Positions 49,627 to 59,080 of a stretch of 64,000 nucleotides of DNA are shown here, piece by piece. Both the position numbers and the translations under genes were made by a program. Each line of letters opens with the position of its first letter. Positions within the stretch are counted from its first letter, which is position 1. The notes beneath the pieces are model-generated. The model was given only the letters and a program-made list of their open reading frames with translations. It had not been told where the DNA came from and did not search any database. The stretch comes from Lachnospiraceae bacterium. GTDB lineage: Bacteria > Bacillota > Clostridia > Lachnospirales > Lachnospiraceae. Where the stretch lies: contig JAFZWW010000111.1 of NCBI GenBank assembly GCA_017617005.1, positions 3,392 through 67,391 of the forward strand. The letters run 5' to 3'.

Positions 49627-50188
49627 ATGCCTTTCTGCGATGATATTCTTTGTTGATGGCCCTTACCAGTCTCTCGTCTCCGCACTGATTATCCGGATGA
49701 AAGATCTTAACAAGATCCTTGTATCTCTTTCTCAGCATCTGGGAGCTGGTGACATTGGAAAAAAGAACGCAGGCAATCGAGTCGAAATCCGATTCCGTAA
49801 GATGCGACAGATCAGGAACCGAAATATCCGACATGGACAGTCTTCTCGAAGAATCAAATTCTTCCTTTTCTCTTTCGAACTTCCGTCTGTCTTCCTCAAG
49901 AGCCCTGAAACCATCCTTGAGAATCTCCATTTTTTTATCGAAGAACAGATTCTCCTGACGAAGTCTCTGACGTTCCTGGGATGTACGCCTGTTCAGTTCA
50001 TTAAGCTCATCCCTTAAACTGACCCTGTCCTTCATAAAGGATTCCTGGAGGTTCCTGAGTTCCTTTCTCTCCGACTCCAGTCTCTGCTTTTCAGCCGATA
50101 GACGCAAGTTTTCCTGGAAAAGAAAGATCTTGATCTCTTTCAGTCTGTCATCATCTTCACATTGGACAATTGTCTCTAAGTCGATCAT
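49625..50188 (-). CDS. Coiled-coil protein with C-terminal J-domain-like motif
   Basis: Long charged heptads, then LRKRYKDLVKIFHPD....INKEY. Confidence 0.75.
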   Translation of the reverse strand: MIDLETIVQCEDDDRLKEIKIFLFQENLRLSAEKQRLESERKELRNLQESFMKDRVSLRDELNELNRRTSQERQRLRQENLFFDKKMEILKDGFRALEEDRRKFEREKEEFDSSRRLSMSDISVPDLSHLTESDFDSIACVLFSNVTSSQMLRKRYKDLVKIFHPDNQCGDERLVRAINKEYHRRKA

Positions 50189-50200
50189 GATTCCCCTGTT

Positions 50201-50602
50201 TTAAAGATCGTCATCAGGAAAAGCCTTTTCCTTTAAAGTATCATCATCCGGTCCGCCGTTCTTATCCTTGGATAATCTGTGGACCACTTCGGGTACCATA
50301 TCCATGATCTTGGTGATGGTATCCTGGTTTTTAACGGAAAGAAGTCTGGTCGTACCGTTCTTGATAACTATCACGGCATTGGGGCTGACTTTACCACCCA
50401 TTCCGCCGCCGGATGAATTCTTATTGTAATTCCTGCTCTCATGTCCGCTTCCTGCGGCAAGTCCGAAGGATACGTCCACAAGCGGTATTAGTGTCGTGTC
50501 ACCCACCACTATGGGATTTCCTACCACAGTCTTCGATGAAAGAATGGTATCCATGCCCTGGAGCAGTGAATCTACTACTTCTTTTCTGTCATTATCGGCC
50601 AT
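50201..50602 (-). CDS. GerW/YtfJ family protein
   Basis: KTVVGNPI..GDTTLIPLVDVSFG.AAG, GGGMGGKVSPNAVIVI. Confidence 0.88.
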   Translation of the reverse strand: MADNDRKEVVDSLLQGMDTILSSKTVVGNPIVVGDTTLIPLVDVSFGLAAGSGHESRNYNKNSSGGGMGGKVSPNAVIVIKNGTTRLLSVKNQDTITKIMDMVPEVVHRLSKDKNGGPDDDTLKEKAFPDDDL

Positions 50603-50620
50603 AACGGTCCCTTTCTTTTA

Positions 50621-51730
50621 TCAGGCAGCTTCTTCGGATTCTTTGGATTCCTTTGCACTGTCCGATGAATGATCTGATCTGTTTCTGTGATGCTTAAGCG
50701 ATCTGTATATCTTTCTGCAGTTCCTGTTAAGGACTATGCAGACGAGGTTATGCAAAATACTTATCAGGTTAAAATGTCCCTTTGCCTCTATAAAACCTTC
50801 AAAAACGGCATTATCAAAATCCGGGACGACTCTCGAGCCCTTTACAAACCTTTTCCTGATCAGGCAGTAAAGCCCGTATACCTTGCCTGTCATATCGGGT
50901 GATGAGAATCCGTATACAAGATCACATTTGATCCTGCGCGGAAGGATGAGCTTAAGGATCTTCTTAAGTCTCTTTTTGACCACCCTCAGAGCATATACGA
51001 ATTCGTTCGAATTAAGAATGTTCCTGTAATACCTTATCTCCGAACGAACCTTTACTATTTTATCATAAAATGCCCTGTATTTGCATTTTATCTTCTTTTT
51101 CAGCCCTGAAATCCTGTCAAAAAAGCCGTCTGAACCTTCATCCGTACAGGAATCACCGTCTTCGGCGTCTTCATCCGCACTTTCTTCATCAGTATCCGTA
51201 TCAGCCGGGTTTCCGGACTCGTCTTCTTCAGAATGGACATCTTCGTTTTCCCCGGATGTCTCTTCATCGTCCCCGAAAAGGTCATTGTGAAGCTCCTCGT
51301 CAGATACTTCCGATTCAATGGGCGATGTTTCTCCGGCCGTTTCGTCTTCTTCTGGCTCATCATTACCCGTAGCCATCTGAAAATCATCTTCATCCGGAAG
51401 TTCATCTTCCAGAAAAGAATCAAATTCCTCATCCGAAAACTCTGATTCAGGGCTTTCTTCGGGAAATTCCATCGAAAACAGCTTAAACCGGAGCACCTTG
51501 ACCGTAACACTGACTTTCTTACTCTCATAAACGGCAAGAGCCCTTACGATACGGAAGAAATAAGTCAGTCTGAAAACCGCATTAAGTTCTCCTTCGGACT
51601 CTTTTGAAGCCTTTATACGGTATTTTACGGGCATTACAAGAACAAGCAATAAAAGAACAAGAATAAGCCCCAGCAGACACAGGAGCACGATTCCGATAAC
51701 AGATAGGATTTTCAGGATCACAGCGAGCAT
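50621..51730 (-). CDS. DUF2953 (YtfI-like) membrane-anchored protein with long acidic insert
   Basis: N-terminal TM; C-terminal YGFSSPDMTG..YG, PDFD; immediately upstream of the ytfJ-like gene. Confidence 0.75.
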   Translation of the reverse strand: MLAVILKILSVIGIVLLCLLGLILVLLLLVLVMPVKYRIKASKESEGELNAVFRLTYFFRIVRALAVYESKKVSVTVKVLRFKLFSMEFPEESPESEFSDEEFDSFLEDELPDEDDFQMATGNDEPEEDETAGETSPIESEVSDEELHNDLFGDDEETSGENEDVHSEEDESGNPADTDTDEESADEDAEDGDSCTDEGSDGFFDRISGLKKKIKCKYRAFYDKIVKVRSEIRYYRNILNSNEFVYALRVVKKRLKKILKLILPRRIKCDLVYGFSSPDMTGKVYGLYCLIRKRFVKGSRVVPDFDNAVFEGFIEAKGHFNLISILHNLVCIVLNRNCRKIYRSLKHHRNRSDHSSDSAKESKESEEAA

Positions 51731-52077
51731 ATAAATTCTTTAAGATCTATCTTCCCTGTCTTTTCCAGGCAATCCTTAATGACGGTCTGCACAAGTTCGG
51801 TTGCATCATCCTTGCCTGATGCCAGACCGATACATACAGGGGACTTACCTTCCCATACCTTGGACTTCAGCTGGAAGGGGGTTACTATATCAATACAGTC
51901 TTCTTTATTTTCCGATTTTAAAAGCAGTGCAACGCTTCCCTTACCCTGCTCTATCTTCTTTTTGATCTTAGAGAGCTTCTTTTCGGTGAATCCGTCAGAA
52001 AGGTAAAGGTTTTCGCAATATTCGATATTAATGTTTTTTCTGAATATCTTACTCAATACAGAGTCAATGAATTTCAT
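51718..52077 (-). CDS. Hypothetical protein
   Basis: 119-aa ORF overlapping the next gene; 'IGLASGKDDATELV' is typical of small clostridial hypotheticals. Confidence 0.65.
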   Translation of the reverse strand: MKFIDSVLSKIFRKNINIEYCENLYLSDGFTEKKLSKIKKKIEQGKGSVALLLKSENKEDCIDIVTPFQLKSKVWEGKSPVCIGLASGKDDATELVQTVIKDCLEKTGKIDLKEFICSL

Positions 52078-52100
52078 AGCAATATATTACCACAGTTGAA

Positions 52101-52129
52101 TTGACAGCAGTTTCATAAATTATTAAAAT
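52101..52129 (+). promoter_or_regulatory. Sigma-A promoter of the HD-GYP gene
   Basis: TTGACA (52101), 17-bp spacer, TAAAAT (52124). Confidence 0.65.
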
Positions 52130-52162
52130 TCATTTTGAAAATATTTCTTATTGAGGGATCCC

Positions 52163-53218
52163 ATGAAAACTATATCAAGAATGGAATTATGCGAAGGAAT
52201 GGAACTTGGCGAACCGATTGAATCGGGAGGCAAGGTGGTTTATAATGCCGGCACCAAGGTTACACAGGCTGTAATAGACAGACTCGATCACTATGACATC
52301 ATGGCAGTGACCATAATGGAGGATGTCGACTACGCTACCACTCATAATGAGCGTATCCAGTTCGATGAAGATTTCAAAAACTTCAGGTCAAGATACAATG
52401 ACTGCCTGACCAGGTACAAGGGAGTCATGCTCTCTTATCTCGGAACCAAATTCTCCATCCCCAACCAGAACCTCATAGACATCTTCAATGACTGCTATTC
52501 GACCGTAAAATCCGAGAAGCAGCTTCTTGATTTCATTTACAATATGATGCCCAACGAAGACGAGCTGACCTACACGCAGTCCTTCAACGCTGCACTGCTC
52601 TGCGGGGCATTCGCCAACTGGCTCACACTTCCCGAGGATAAAAAAAGAACCCTCATTCTCTGCGGATTCTATTACGATATCGGAAAATGGAAGATTCCCC
52701 ACGATATACTCTGGAAGCCCGGAAAGCTCAGCGAAGCCGAATATGAAATGGTCAAACAGCATACGCTTCTCGGCTACCAGCTTGTAATGAACGATACCGC
52801 TCTTCTGGATGACATTAAGAAATGTATTCTGATGCATCATGAGAAGATGGACGGAACCGGATATCCCGTAGGACTTACCGGGGATAAGATAAATGAATAC
52901 GCAAAATACCTTGCGATAGTCGACACATATATTGCAATGGCTTCCCCGAGAACCTTCAGGCCCGCTTTCACGCCCCTTCAGATAATCGGAGCACTCGAAA
53001 GGGATCTGGTCAAATACGACACATCGATCCTCATGCCTCTTATCGAAAGGATATCCGAAGCACAGATCGGCACTATAGTCCAGCTTAATGACGGAACAGA
53101 ATGGGAAGTAATGCTGATCAACAAGAATTCTTATTCAAGACCCATGCTGAGAAATGCAGGGAATATGATAATCAACCTCGCGGAAAAGAAAGATCTGGAG
53201 ATCGTCAAACTGATCTAA
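52163..53218 (+). CDS. HD-GYP domain protein with degenerate HD motif
   Basis: FYYDIGK (HD->YD), KPGKL, HT..G, HHEKMDGTGYP.GL, IVDTY.AM..PR. Confidence 0.85.
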   Translation: MKTISRMELCEGMELGEPIESGGKVVYNAGTKVTQAVIDRLDHYDIMAVTIMEDVDYATTHNERIQFDEDFKNFRSRYNDCLTRYKGVMLSYLGTKFSIPNQNLIDIFNDCYSTVKSEKQLLDFIYNMMPNEDELTYTQSFNAALLCGAFANWLTLPEDKKRTLILCGFYYDIGKWKIPHDILWKPGKLSEAEYEMVKQHTLLGYQLVMNDTALLDDIKKCILMHHEKMDGTGYPVGLTGDKINEYAKYLAIVDTYIAMASPRTFRPAFTPLQIIGALERDLVKYDTSILMPLIERISEAQIGTIVQLNDGTEWEVMLINKNSYSRPMLRNAGNMIINLAEKKDLEIVKLI

Positions 53219-54700
53219 TCATTTTGCCGCAAAGTATGCATCAAATATACGTTTAGCCAGGGGGACAGCGTACTCTACGCCTGTCCCCGCTTTTTCTATT
53301 ATGATGGTCACACAGATCTCGGGATCATCGGCGGGAGCAAATGCGGTAAACCACGCATGGGATTCGTTGATATCCTCGGCAAACTCTGCGGTACCGGTCT
53401 TACCTGCAACGGTATAGGAATCATTGTTAAGAACCTTGGCCGTTCCGTCTGTAACAACAGCTCTCATCAGTTCATTCAAAAACTCCGCTTCCTCTTCCGA
53501 CATTACCCTGCCTACAGAGTCGGGCTGATAACTTCTGATCACTTTTCCGTTTTCATCCGTTATCGAATCGATCATATAAGGACGCATCATCACTCCGCCG
53601 TTTGCAATGGCCTGTGTGATCATGTTCAGATGTAATGGCGTCATCAGGGTCTTACCCTGTCCGATCGCGGTCTGCATGATATCATAATCGGTCGAACCCG
53701 TACCGATATATGCCCTGCTCGTATTGGAAAGAAGACCCGTGGGAAGGGGAGAATTGAAATACAGATCTTCCATCGTATTCGACCAGTCATCACGGTCAAG
53801 TGAAAGCCCGATATTTACAAATGACGAATTACAGGATCTTGCAAAGGACCCCTTGAGATCAAGTTCACCGTGCACGCTTCCGTAAATACAGCTTACCCTG
53901 TAATTGTCATGTTCGATATGACCGTTACAGACATAGTTGTAATCCTGCCAGTCATTAGGATGTTCCCTGTAATATTCGAGAGCAGTGATGATCTTGAAAG
54001 TAGATCCGGGAGGATAAAGACCCTGGGTTGCACGGTTTACAAGCTGTGAACCTCCGGGAGTCGTGGTGATGGTTTCCCAGTCTTCGCAGATGGTTCCGGG
54101 ATTGAAATCCGGATGCGAAAGCATTACGAGTATTCTTCCGGTCTTAGCTTCACTTACGATAACGGCACCGTTATAAAGCCCCAGATAATCATCGGCAACC
54201 TTCTGAAGATCGACACTCAGGGTACTGTTTACATCAAATCCGGGATTCTTTACATTTTCAAGATCGTTATTGACCCTTTCGGAAAGACTTGCACCGGTAT
54301 GCATCAGATAATAGTTCGCATCATGCTCTATTCCCATTCTTCCGTTCACGGAATAACCGACGGCATGTGCAAACATCGAACCATAAGGATAATATCTGAA
54401 TTCATTTCCGTTCTCATCGTATCTTGTCTCTGCAAGTACTTCACCGTCGGACGAATAGATAGTTCCGCGGCAGACATTCTTTATCTGGATCTCTTCCCTG
54501 TTATTGTAGCTGTTGTTATACAGATCGATGGTGGATGTCGATACGAATACAGACAGGTAAACGATCATAAAGAAAAACAGACCGCAGAAAATAAACATGG
54601 ATACATTGATAAGTACCATGGATTTAAATCTGGGCGAACTTTCCCTGTATTTCTTAAAGGGATGAAAGTCCTTAAGTTTTTCTTTCCACTCTTGCTTCAT
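53219..54700 (-). CDS. Class B penicillin-binding protein (transpeptidase)
   Basis: TM, RGTIY, PGSTFK (SxxK), SCN (SxN), KTGT. Confidence 0.92.
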   Translation of the reverse strand: MKQEWKEKLKDFHPFKKYRESSPRFKSMVLINVSMFIFCGLFFFMIVYLSVFVSTSTIDLYNNSYNNREEIQIKNVCRGTIYSSDGEVLAETRYDENGNEFRYYPYGSMFAHAVGYSVNGRMGIEHDANYYLMHTGASLSERVNNDLENVKNPGFDVNSTLSVDLQKVADDYLGLYNGAVIVSEAKTGRILVMLSHPDFNPGTICEDWETITTTPGGSQLVNRATQGLYPPGSTFKIITALEYYREHPNDWQDYNYVCNGHIEHDNYRVSCIYGSVHGELDLKGSFARSCNSSFVNIGLSLDRDDWSNTMEDLYFNSPLPTGLLSNTSRAYIGTGSTDYDIMQTAIGQGKTLMTPLHLNMITQAIANGGVMMRPYMIDSITDENGKVIRSYQPDSVGRVMSEEEAEFLNELMRAVVTDGTAKVLNNDSYTVAGKTGTAEFAEDINESHAWFTAFAPADDPEICVTIIIEKAGTGVEYAVPLAKRIFDAYFAAK

Positions 54701-56009
54701 AATTTCTTGATTTGATAACTATTCCCTGCACAATGAAGAACATTATGTATGTCGTCATGACTGAGCTTCCTCCGGAACTAATGAAAGGAAGCGTCACGCC
54801 GGTCAGGGGAATGAATTTGGTTCCGCCGCCGACGGTAAGGAAAACCTGGAAGATATACATGATCCCGATACCGTAAACTACCGTCTGATAGAATTTGTCG
54901 GCTATCGATGCGGAAAGTATCATCATCCTGCAGAAACAGCATAAGCAGATAACAAGCAGGCATATCGCAAAAAGAAGACCGAATTCCTCACAGACCGCGG
55001 AAAAAACAAGATCCTGGTCAACAAAAGGTATATCCGAAGGTCTTCCCTGCATAAGACCGTTACCGAACCATCCTCCCGAGCTTATCGCAAAAAGCGACTG
55101 TGTTATCTGATAAGCCTGATCGTCGATATATGTCCAGGGATCAAGGAATGCCACGACCCTTACCTTGACATGATCGAACATCCTGTATGCGACTATGCTG
55201 GCTGCGGCCCCTCCGACGAGACCGCTCAACAGATAGAGATAATTGTGGGTGGACATTACAACTATCATCACATATGCGACGAAAAAGATCAGTGCACTTC
55301 CAAGGTCCTTCGAAAGCACCAGTATAATGACATAAATACCCGATATCACGGCAGATATGAGTATCCATTTGAACGAATTGTATTTGTACAAAAGTGCAGC
55401 GAGGAAAAACAGGAAAATGATCTTAACAAATTCGGAGGGCTGGAAAGTAAAGCCTTTGATGGTATACGTAATGAATGCTCCGTGAGTTTTCCTTCCGGTA
55501 AGAAGAACAAGCGAAAGAATGATTATACCGGAAGCGGCATACAGCCAGAGAAGCTTTCTGAAGAATCTGAGCCTGTCTATAAGGAAAGGTATCGCAAGAC
55601 ATACCGCGAACGATAATAGCGTGATTATGTATTGCCTGAATGCTTTGGCAAAAGAAAGCCTGGATACTATACAAAGACCCATGCCTGAAAGAAGTGCCAT
55701 ATTATTGAGAAGTATCCTGTCGGATTTATCGTATATGATCGATACGATCGTGATCATAAAGAAAAGAAAGAGCGTGATAAAAGCAAAGAGATACAGATAC
55801 TCTTCCCTTCCCGAAACAAATGTCATATCAAGAAAACACAGAAAAAGAAGGAGCAGCATCAGCCCGCTCTGAACGGAAGTAAGTACCGACACCAGTTTTT
55901 TCTTTTGCGAGAAATTACACACAACGGCAAGCGTCGTATACAAAAGCATAAAAACAGTGATCACATACTTCGATAATTCTATTACATAAAACTTCAGTGT
56001 GATCTGCAC
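54672..56009 (-). CDS. FtsW/RodA/SpoVE family SEDS protein
   Basis: FQPSEFVK, KDLG, YQITQS, EEFG, IPLTGVTLPFISSGGSS. Confidence 0.92.
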   Translation of the reverse strand: MQITLKFYVIELSKYVITVFMLLYTTLAVVCNFSQKKKLVSVLTSVQSGLMLLLLFLCFLDMTFVSGREEYLYLFAFITLFLFFMITIVSIIYDKSDRILLNNMALLSGMGLCIVSRLSFAKAFRQYIITLLSFAVCLAIPFLIDRLRFFRKLLWLYAASGIIILSLVLLTGRKTHGAFITYTIKGFTFQPSEFVKIIFLFFLAALLYKYNSFKWILISAVISGIYVIILVLSKDLGSALIFFVAYVMIVVMSTHNYLYLLSGLVGGAAASIVAYRMFDHVKVRVVAFLDPWTYIDDQAYQITQSLFAISSGGWFGNGLMQGRPSDIPFVDQDLVFSAVCEEFGLLFAICLLVICLCCFCRMMILSASIADKFYQTVVYGIGIMYIFQVFLTVGGGTKFIPLTGVTLPFISSGGSSVMTTYIMFFIVQGIVIKSRNYEARVERKT

Positions 56010-56019
56010 TTATATTACC

Positions 56020-58206
56020 TTACATAACGGGTCTTTCGGCCCATCCGGATGTATGTGCACCCTCGGGTATGCCGCCCTTGGCATAGAGCTCTATGAGCTT
56101 AACGCACTCATCCCTTCCTTCGGTCGTAAACTCGATCCTCTTACAGACATCGTTCGAATCTTTAAGGGTCAACGGAACCGAATTATATATAACATTTAAA
56201 CAATGGTCGCAATCGGCAAATACGGGGAACGGAATTCCCTTTCTGTCTATTATAGTCTCAAATCCGCTGTTTTTGGTACAAGATTTAAGAGTTTTTCTTA
56301 CGCAATTGGCTGTGATCATAAGAGGGGCCCTGCCGTAAACGACCCTCTCACAGTATAAACCGGATTCTTTGACAAGGTCCCTGCATTCAGCATTGGAAAG
56401 CTCAAGAGGCAGCGTACATCCGGAGGCATATCGGTCAAATTCATTGACCGCACGTGTATTCCAGGTATACAGACCGAAATCCGAGATGATACGGACATCC
56501 GTATTATCTCCAAAAAATGCAAGGTCTTCAAGATTTCTGACAAGAAGACCGTCTATAAGTCCGGAATCCATATATCTGTTTATAAAGCTGATATCATCTT
56601 CTTTTCTTCTGATAAATGAGCATGCGCAAAAAACAGGTATTCCGGTTTCCTTTTTTATTTCATCGATGATCCGTACGCTGTTTTCACCGGAAAAGAAAAC
56701 CTCCTCAAAATAGATCCTTGATACATCAGATGACTTAAGGATATCGGTTTTATCCGAGACGGCATACAGCTGATCTTTGTTCCTGACAAGAAAAGAGATT
56801 CCCGTAAAGGAAACACCCTGACCCGGAAAAGGCAAAGACATGCCTCCGCAATAGTATAAATATTCATTTTGTACCGGAGCTGACTTAAGCTTATCCTTAA
56901 GACCCTCAAGAACGGTTCGTCTCAGTTCATTGATACCCTTGAGTGAGTAGAAAATGCCTTCCTCGATATCGATATTTATATGCTCATCGTCAGTAACAAA
57001 CGGAGTATTCCCGAGCTTTTTCAGAGACTTTTTTACATCATCCGCAGAAACGGATGCCTTCATCGCCTTCTGAACATCTTCACCCGTAGCGACAGATTCG
57101 GCTTTTCTTCCGTCCGCAGTCTCGGCGTATGCTTTTAGTTCTGCTTCTTTTCCGATATGAAAGTCAGCGTCAAAAGAGACCTTGATCTTCGGTACATATT
57201 TATTTTCCGCAACATCACCCGCTGAAACTTCGTATCTTTCTTTATCCGATCCGTTGTATCCGTGGCTGGTCACAGTGACCATATCCCGGGAATTATGTCT
57301 GTCATAATAACCGTGCGAAAGGTCACCCCTGACATATAGTCCGGATAAGGTCTTCAGGTCTTCTTTTTCGATGCGGTATTCATTTCCGGATAAGTACAGG
57401 TCGAGATATTTTCTGTAGATCGAGATAACACCGCTGACATATTCCGCAGGTTTCATCCTGCCTTCAACCTTGAGGGAACAGACTCCCGCATCAAGTATCT
57501 CCGGAAGTATCTCAAGCGTGCACATATCCTTGAGACTGAGGGGATAGGTTTCGGTATCCTTAGGTGAACCTGCGATCCTGTAACTTAATCTGCAGGGCTG
57601 CGCACATCTTCCGCGGTTTCCGCTCCTGCCGCCGAGAACAGATGAAAAGAGACACTGCCCGGAAAAGCTGTAGCACATAGCACCATGGATGAAGCATTCT
57701 ATCTCCATGCCTGTCTCATCATATATATCCCTGATCTCCTCAAAGGAAAGCTCTCTTGCAGGAACTATACGTGAAAAACCTCTGTCCTTTAAAAAGCCTG
57801 CACCCTTCGGTCCCGTTACAGACATCTGAGTACTTGCATGAAGAGGAATCAGCGGAAACTTTTCCCTGAAAAAAGAAGCCACTCCGAGATCCTGAATTAT
57901 AAGCCCGTCCGACATCGATGGAATTCCTGAAGAAGCAAATTCTTCAAGCTCTGCGAATTCTTTTTCTTTTACAAGGGTATTAACGGTCAGATATACTTTC
58001 TTTCCGTAAAGATGGGCAAATTCAATACACTCGGTCAGGTCATCGGGACCGAAATTACCGGCATATGCACGGGCACCGAACTTTTCGTAAGCCATATAAA
58101 CGGCATCGGCACCGGCCCTGATCCCGGCATAAAAAGACTCCTTGCTGCCTGCAGGCGCAAGGAGCTCAATTTCTTTATTCTTTTTCGGATAAAGGTGATC
58201 TGTCAT
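56020..58206 (-). CDS. Peptidase U32 family protein (RlhA-like RNA hydroxylase)
   Basis: ELLAPAG, GADAVY, HASTQM, HGAMCYSFSGQC..SGNRGRCAQPCR, KVEGRMK; long C-terminal region. Confidence 0.88.
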   Translation of the reverse strand: MTDHLYPKKNKEIELLAPAGSKESFYAGIRAGADAVYMAYEKFGARAYAGNFGPDDLTECIEFAHLYGKKVYLTVNTLVKEKEFAELEEFASSGIPSMSDGLIIQDLGVASFFREKFPLIPLHASTQMSVTGPKGAGFLKDRGFSRIVPARELSFEEIRDIYDETGMEIECFIHGAMCYSFSGQCLFSSVLGGRSGNRGRCAQPCRLSYRIAGSPKDTETYPLSLKDMCTLEILPEILDAGVCSLKVEGRMKPAEYVSGVISIYRKYLDLYLSGNEYRIEKEDLKTLSGLYVRGDLSHGYYDRHNSRDMVTVTSHGYNGSDKERYEVSAGDVAENKYVPKIKVSFDADFHIGKEAELKAYAETADGRKAESVATGEDVQKAMKASVSADDVKKSLKKLGNTPFVTDDEHINIDIEEGIFYSLKGINELRRTVLEGLKDKLKSAPVQNEYLYYCGGMSLPFPGQGVSFTGISFLVRNKDQLYAVSDKTDILKSSDVSRIYFEEVFFSGENSVRIIDEIKKETGIPVFCACSFIRRKEDDISFINRYMDSGLIDGLLVRNLEDLAFFGDNTDVRIISDFGLYTWNTRAVNEFDRYASGCTLPLELSNAECRDLVKESGLYCERVVYGRAPLMITANCVRKTLKSCTKNSGFETIIDRKGIPFPVFADCDHCLNVIYNSVPLTLKDSNDVCKRIEFTTEGRDECVKLIELYAKGGIPEGAHTSGWAERPVM

Positions 58207-59003
58207 TTCTTATAAGGGAAAGGAATGGGCTTGTCCTTATCACCGGGGATGGATCTGAGACCTACACCGGACTGGGGCTTCGAAGCATCTTCCGCTTTTG
58301 CGGGTGAAGGCTTGTCCTCAGGCTTGGGAGCTTCGGTTTTGTCTTCGGGTTTAGGCTCTGCTTTAGGCTCAGGCTTGTTTTCGGTCTTGGGAGCCTCGGG
58401 TTTTGCGGGCTCAGGTTTATTCTCAACCTTGGGAGCCTCGGGCTTTGCTGGCTCAGGCTTACTCTCAGTCTTAGGAGCTTCGGCCTTAGGCTCGGGCTTG
58501 GGTTCTGCTTTAGGCTCAGGTTTGGATTCAGGCTTAACTTCCGCCTTGGTTTCGGACTTTGAAGCACGCTCCTCATCCTTGTCGGAATTCTTGGATGATT
58601 TATCCTTGGTACGGAGCTTTGCATCGAGCTGAATGAGCTTCTTGGAGCTTTCAGCCATCTTGTCCTGAAGAGTTCTCACCTGGTCATCAGCCTTATCAAG
58701 TCTGCCCTGGATGGTGATGATATCATGCTTGAGATTATAGATCTCGGTATCCTTGTCCTTGATGAGCTGCTCATTTTCGGTGAGCTTCTCATTAATCTTC
58801 ATGTAATCGTCGGCGATATTAAGAGCAACAAGGAGCATCTGGGTCTCTTTGTTCTGGGATCTGAAGGAAACGGCATTTCTGCACTCTTCCATCTTCTTAT
58901 TGATGTAATTGGCAACCTTCTGGGTGTATTCCGCAGTCTCATATCCTGTAAGAGTAAGGACCTTTCCTGCGATGATTACCTGTGTTTCGTTAACGTCAGC
59001 CAT
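58203..59003 (-). CDS. zapA: Cell division protein ZapA with long Pro/Lys/Glu/Ala-rich tail
   Basis: VIIAGKVLTL.G, YTQKVANYIN, LVALNIADDY, coiled coil; sits between ruvB and U32. Confidence 0.85.
   Translation of the reverse strand: MADVNETQVIIAGKVLTLTGYETAEYTQKVANYINKKMEECRNAVSFRSQNKETQMLLVALNIADDYMKINEKLTENEQLIKDKDTEIYNLKHDIITIQGRLDKADDQVRTLQDKMAESSKKLIQLDAKLRTKDKSSKNSDKDEERASKSETKAEVKPESKPEPKAEPKPEPKAEAPKTESKPEPAKPEAPKVENKPEPAKPEAPKTENKPEPKAEPKPEDKTEAPKPEDKPSPAKAEDASKPQSGVGLRSIPGDKDKPIPFPYKK
58290..58560 (-). repeat. Imperfect coding tandem repeats (~42 bp / 14 aa) in the zapA 3' region
   Basis: KPEPAKPEAPKVEN / KPEPAKPEAPKTEN units and repeated KPEPKAEP. Confidence 0.8.
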
Positions 59004-59080
59004 ATTTCCCTCCGCTCCGAGAGTTGATGCATTAAATGCTCTTAATCAGTATATACTAAACGGGCTTAACTTTTCAAATA

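Noticed and set aside
58225-58632. Antisense and alternative-frame ORFs over the zapA repeat region
   Set aside because: By-products of low-complexity repeats that lack stop codons; no independent start signals.
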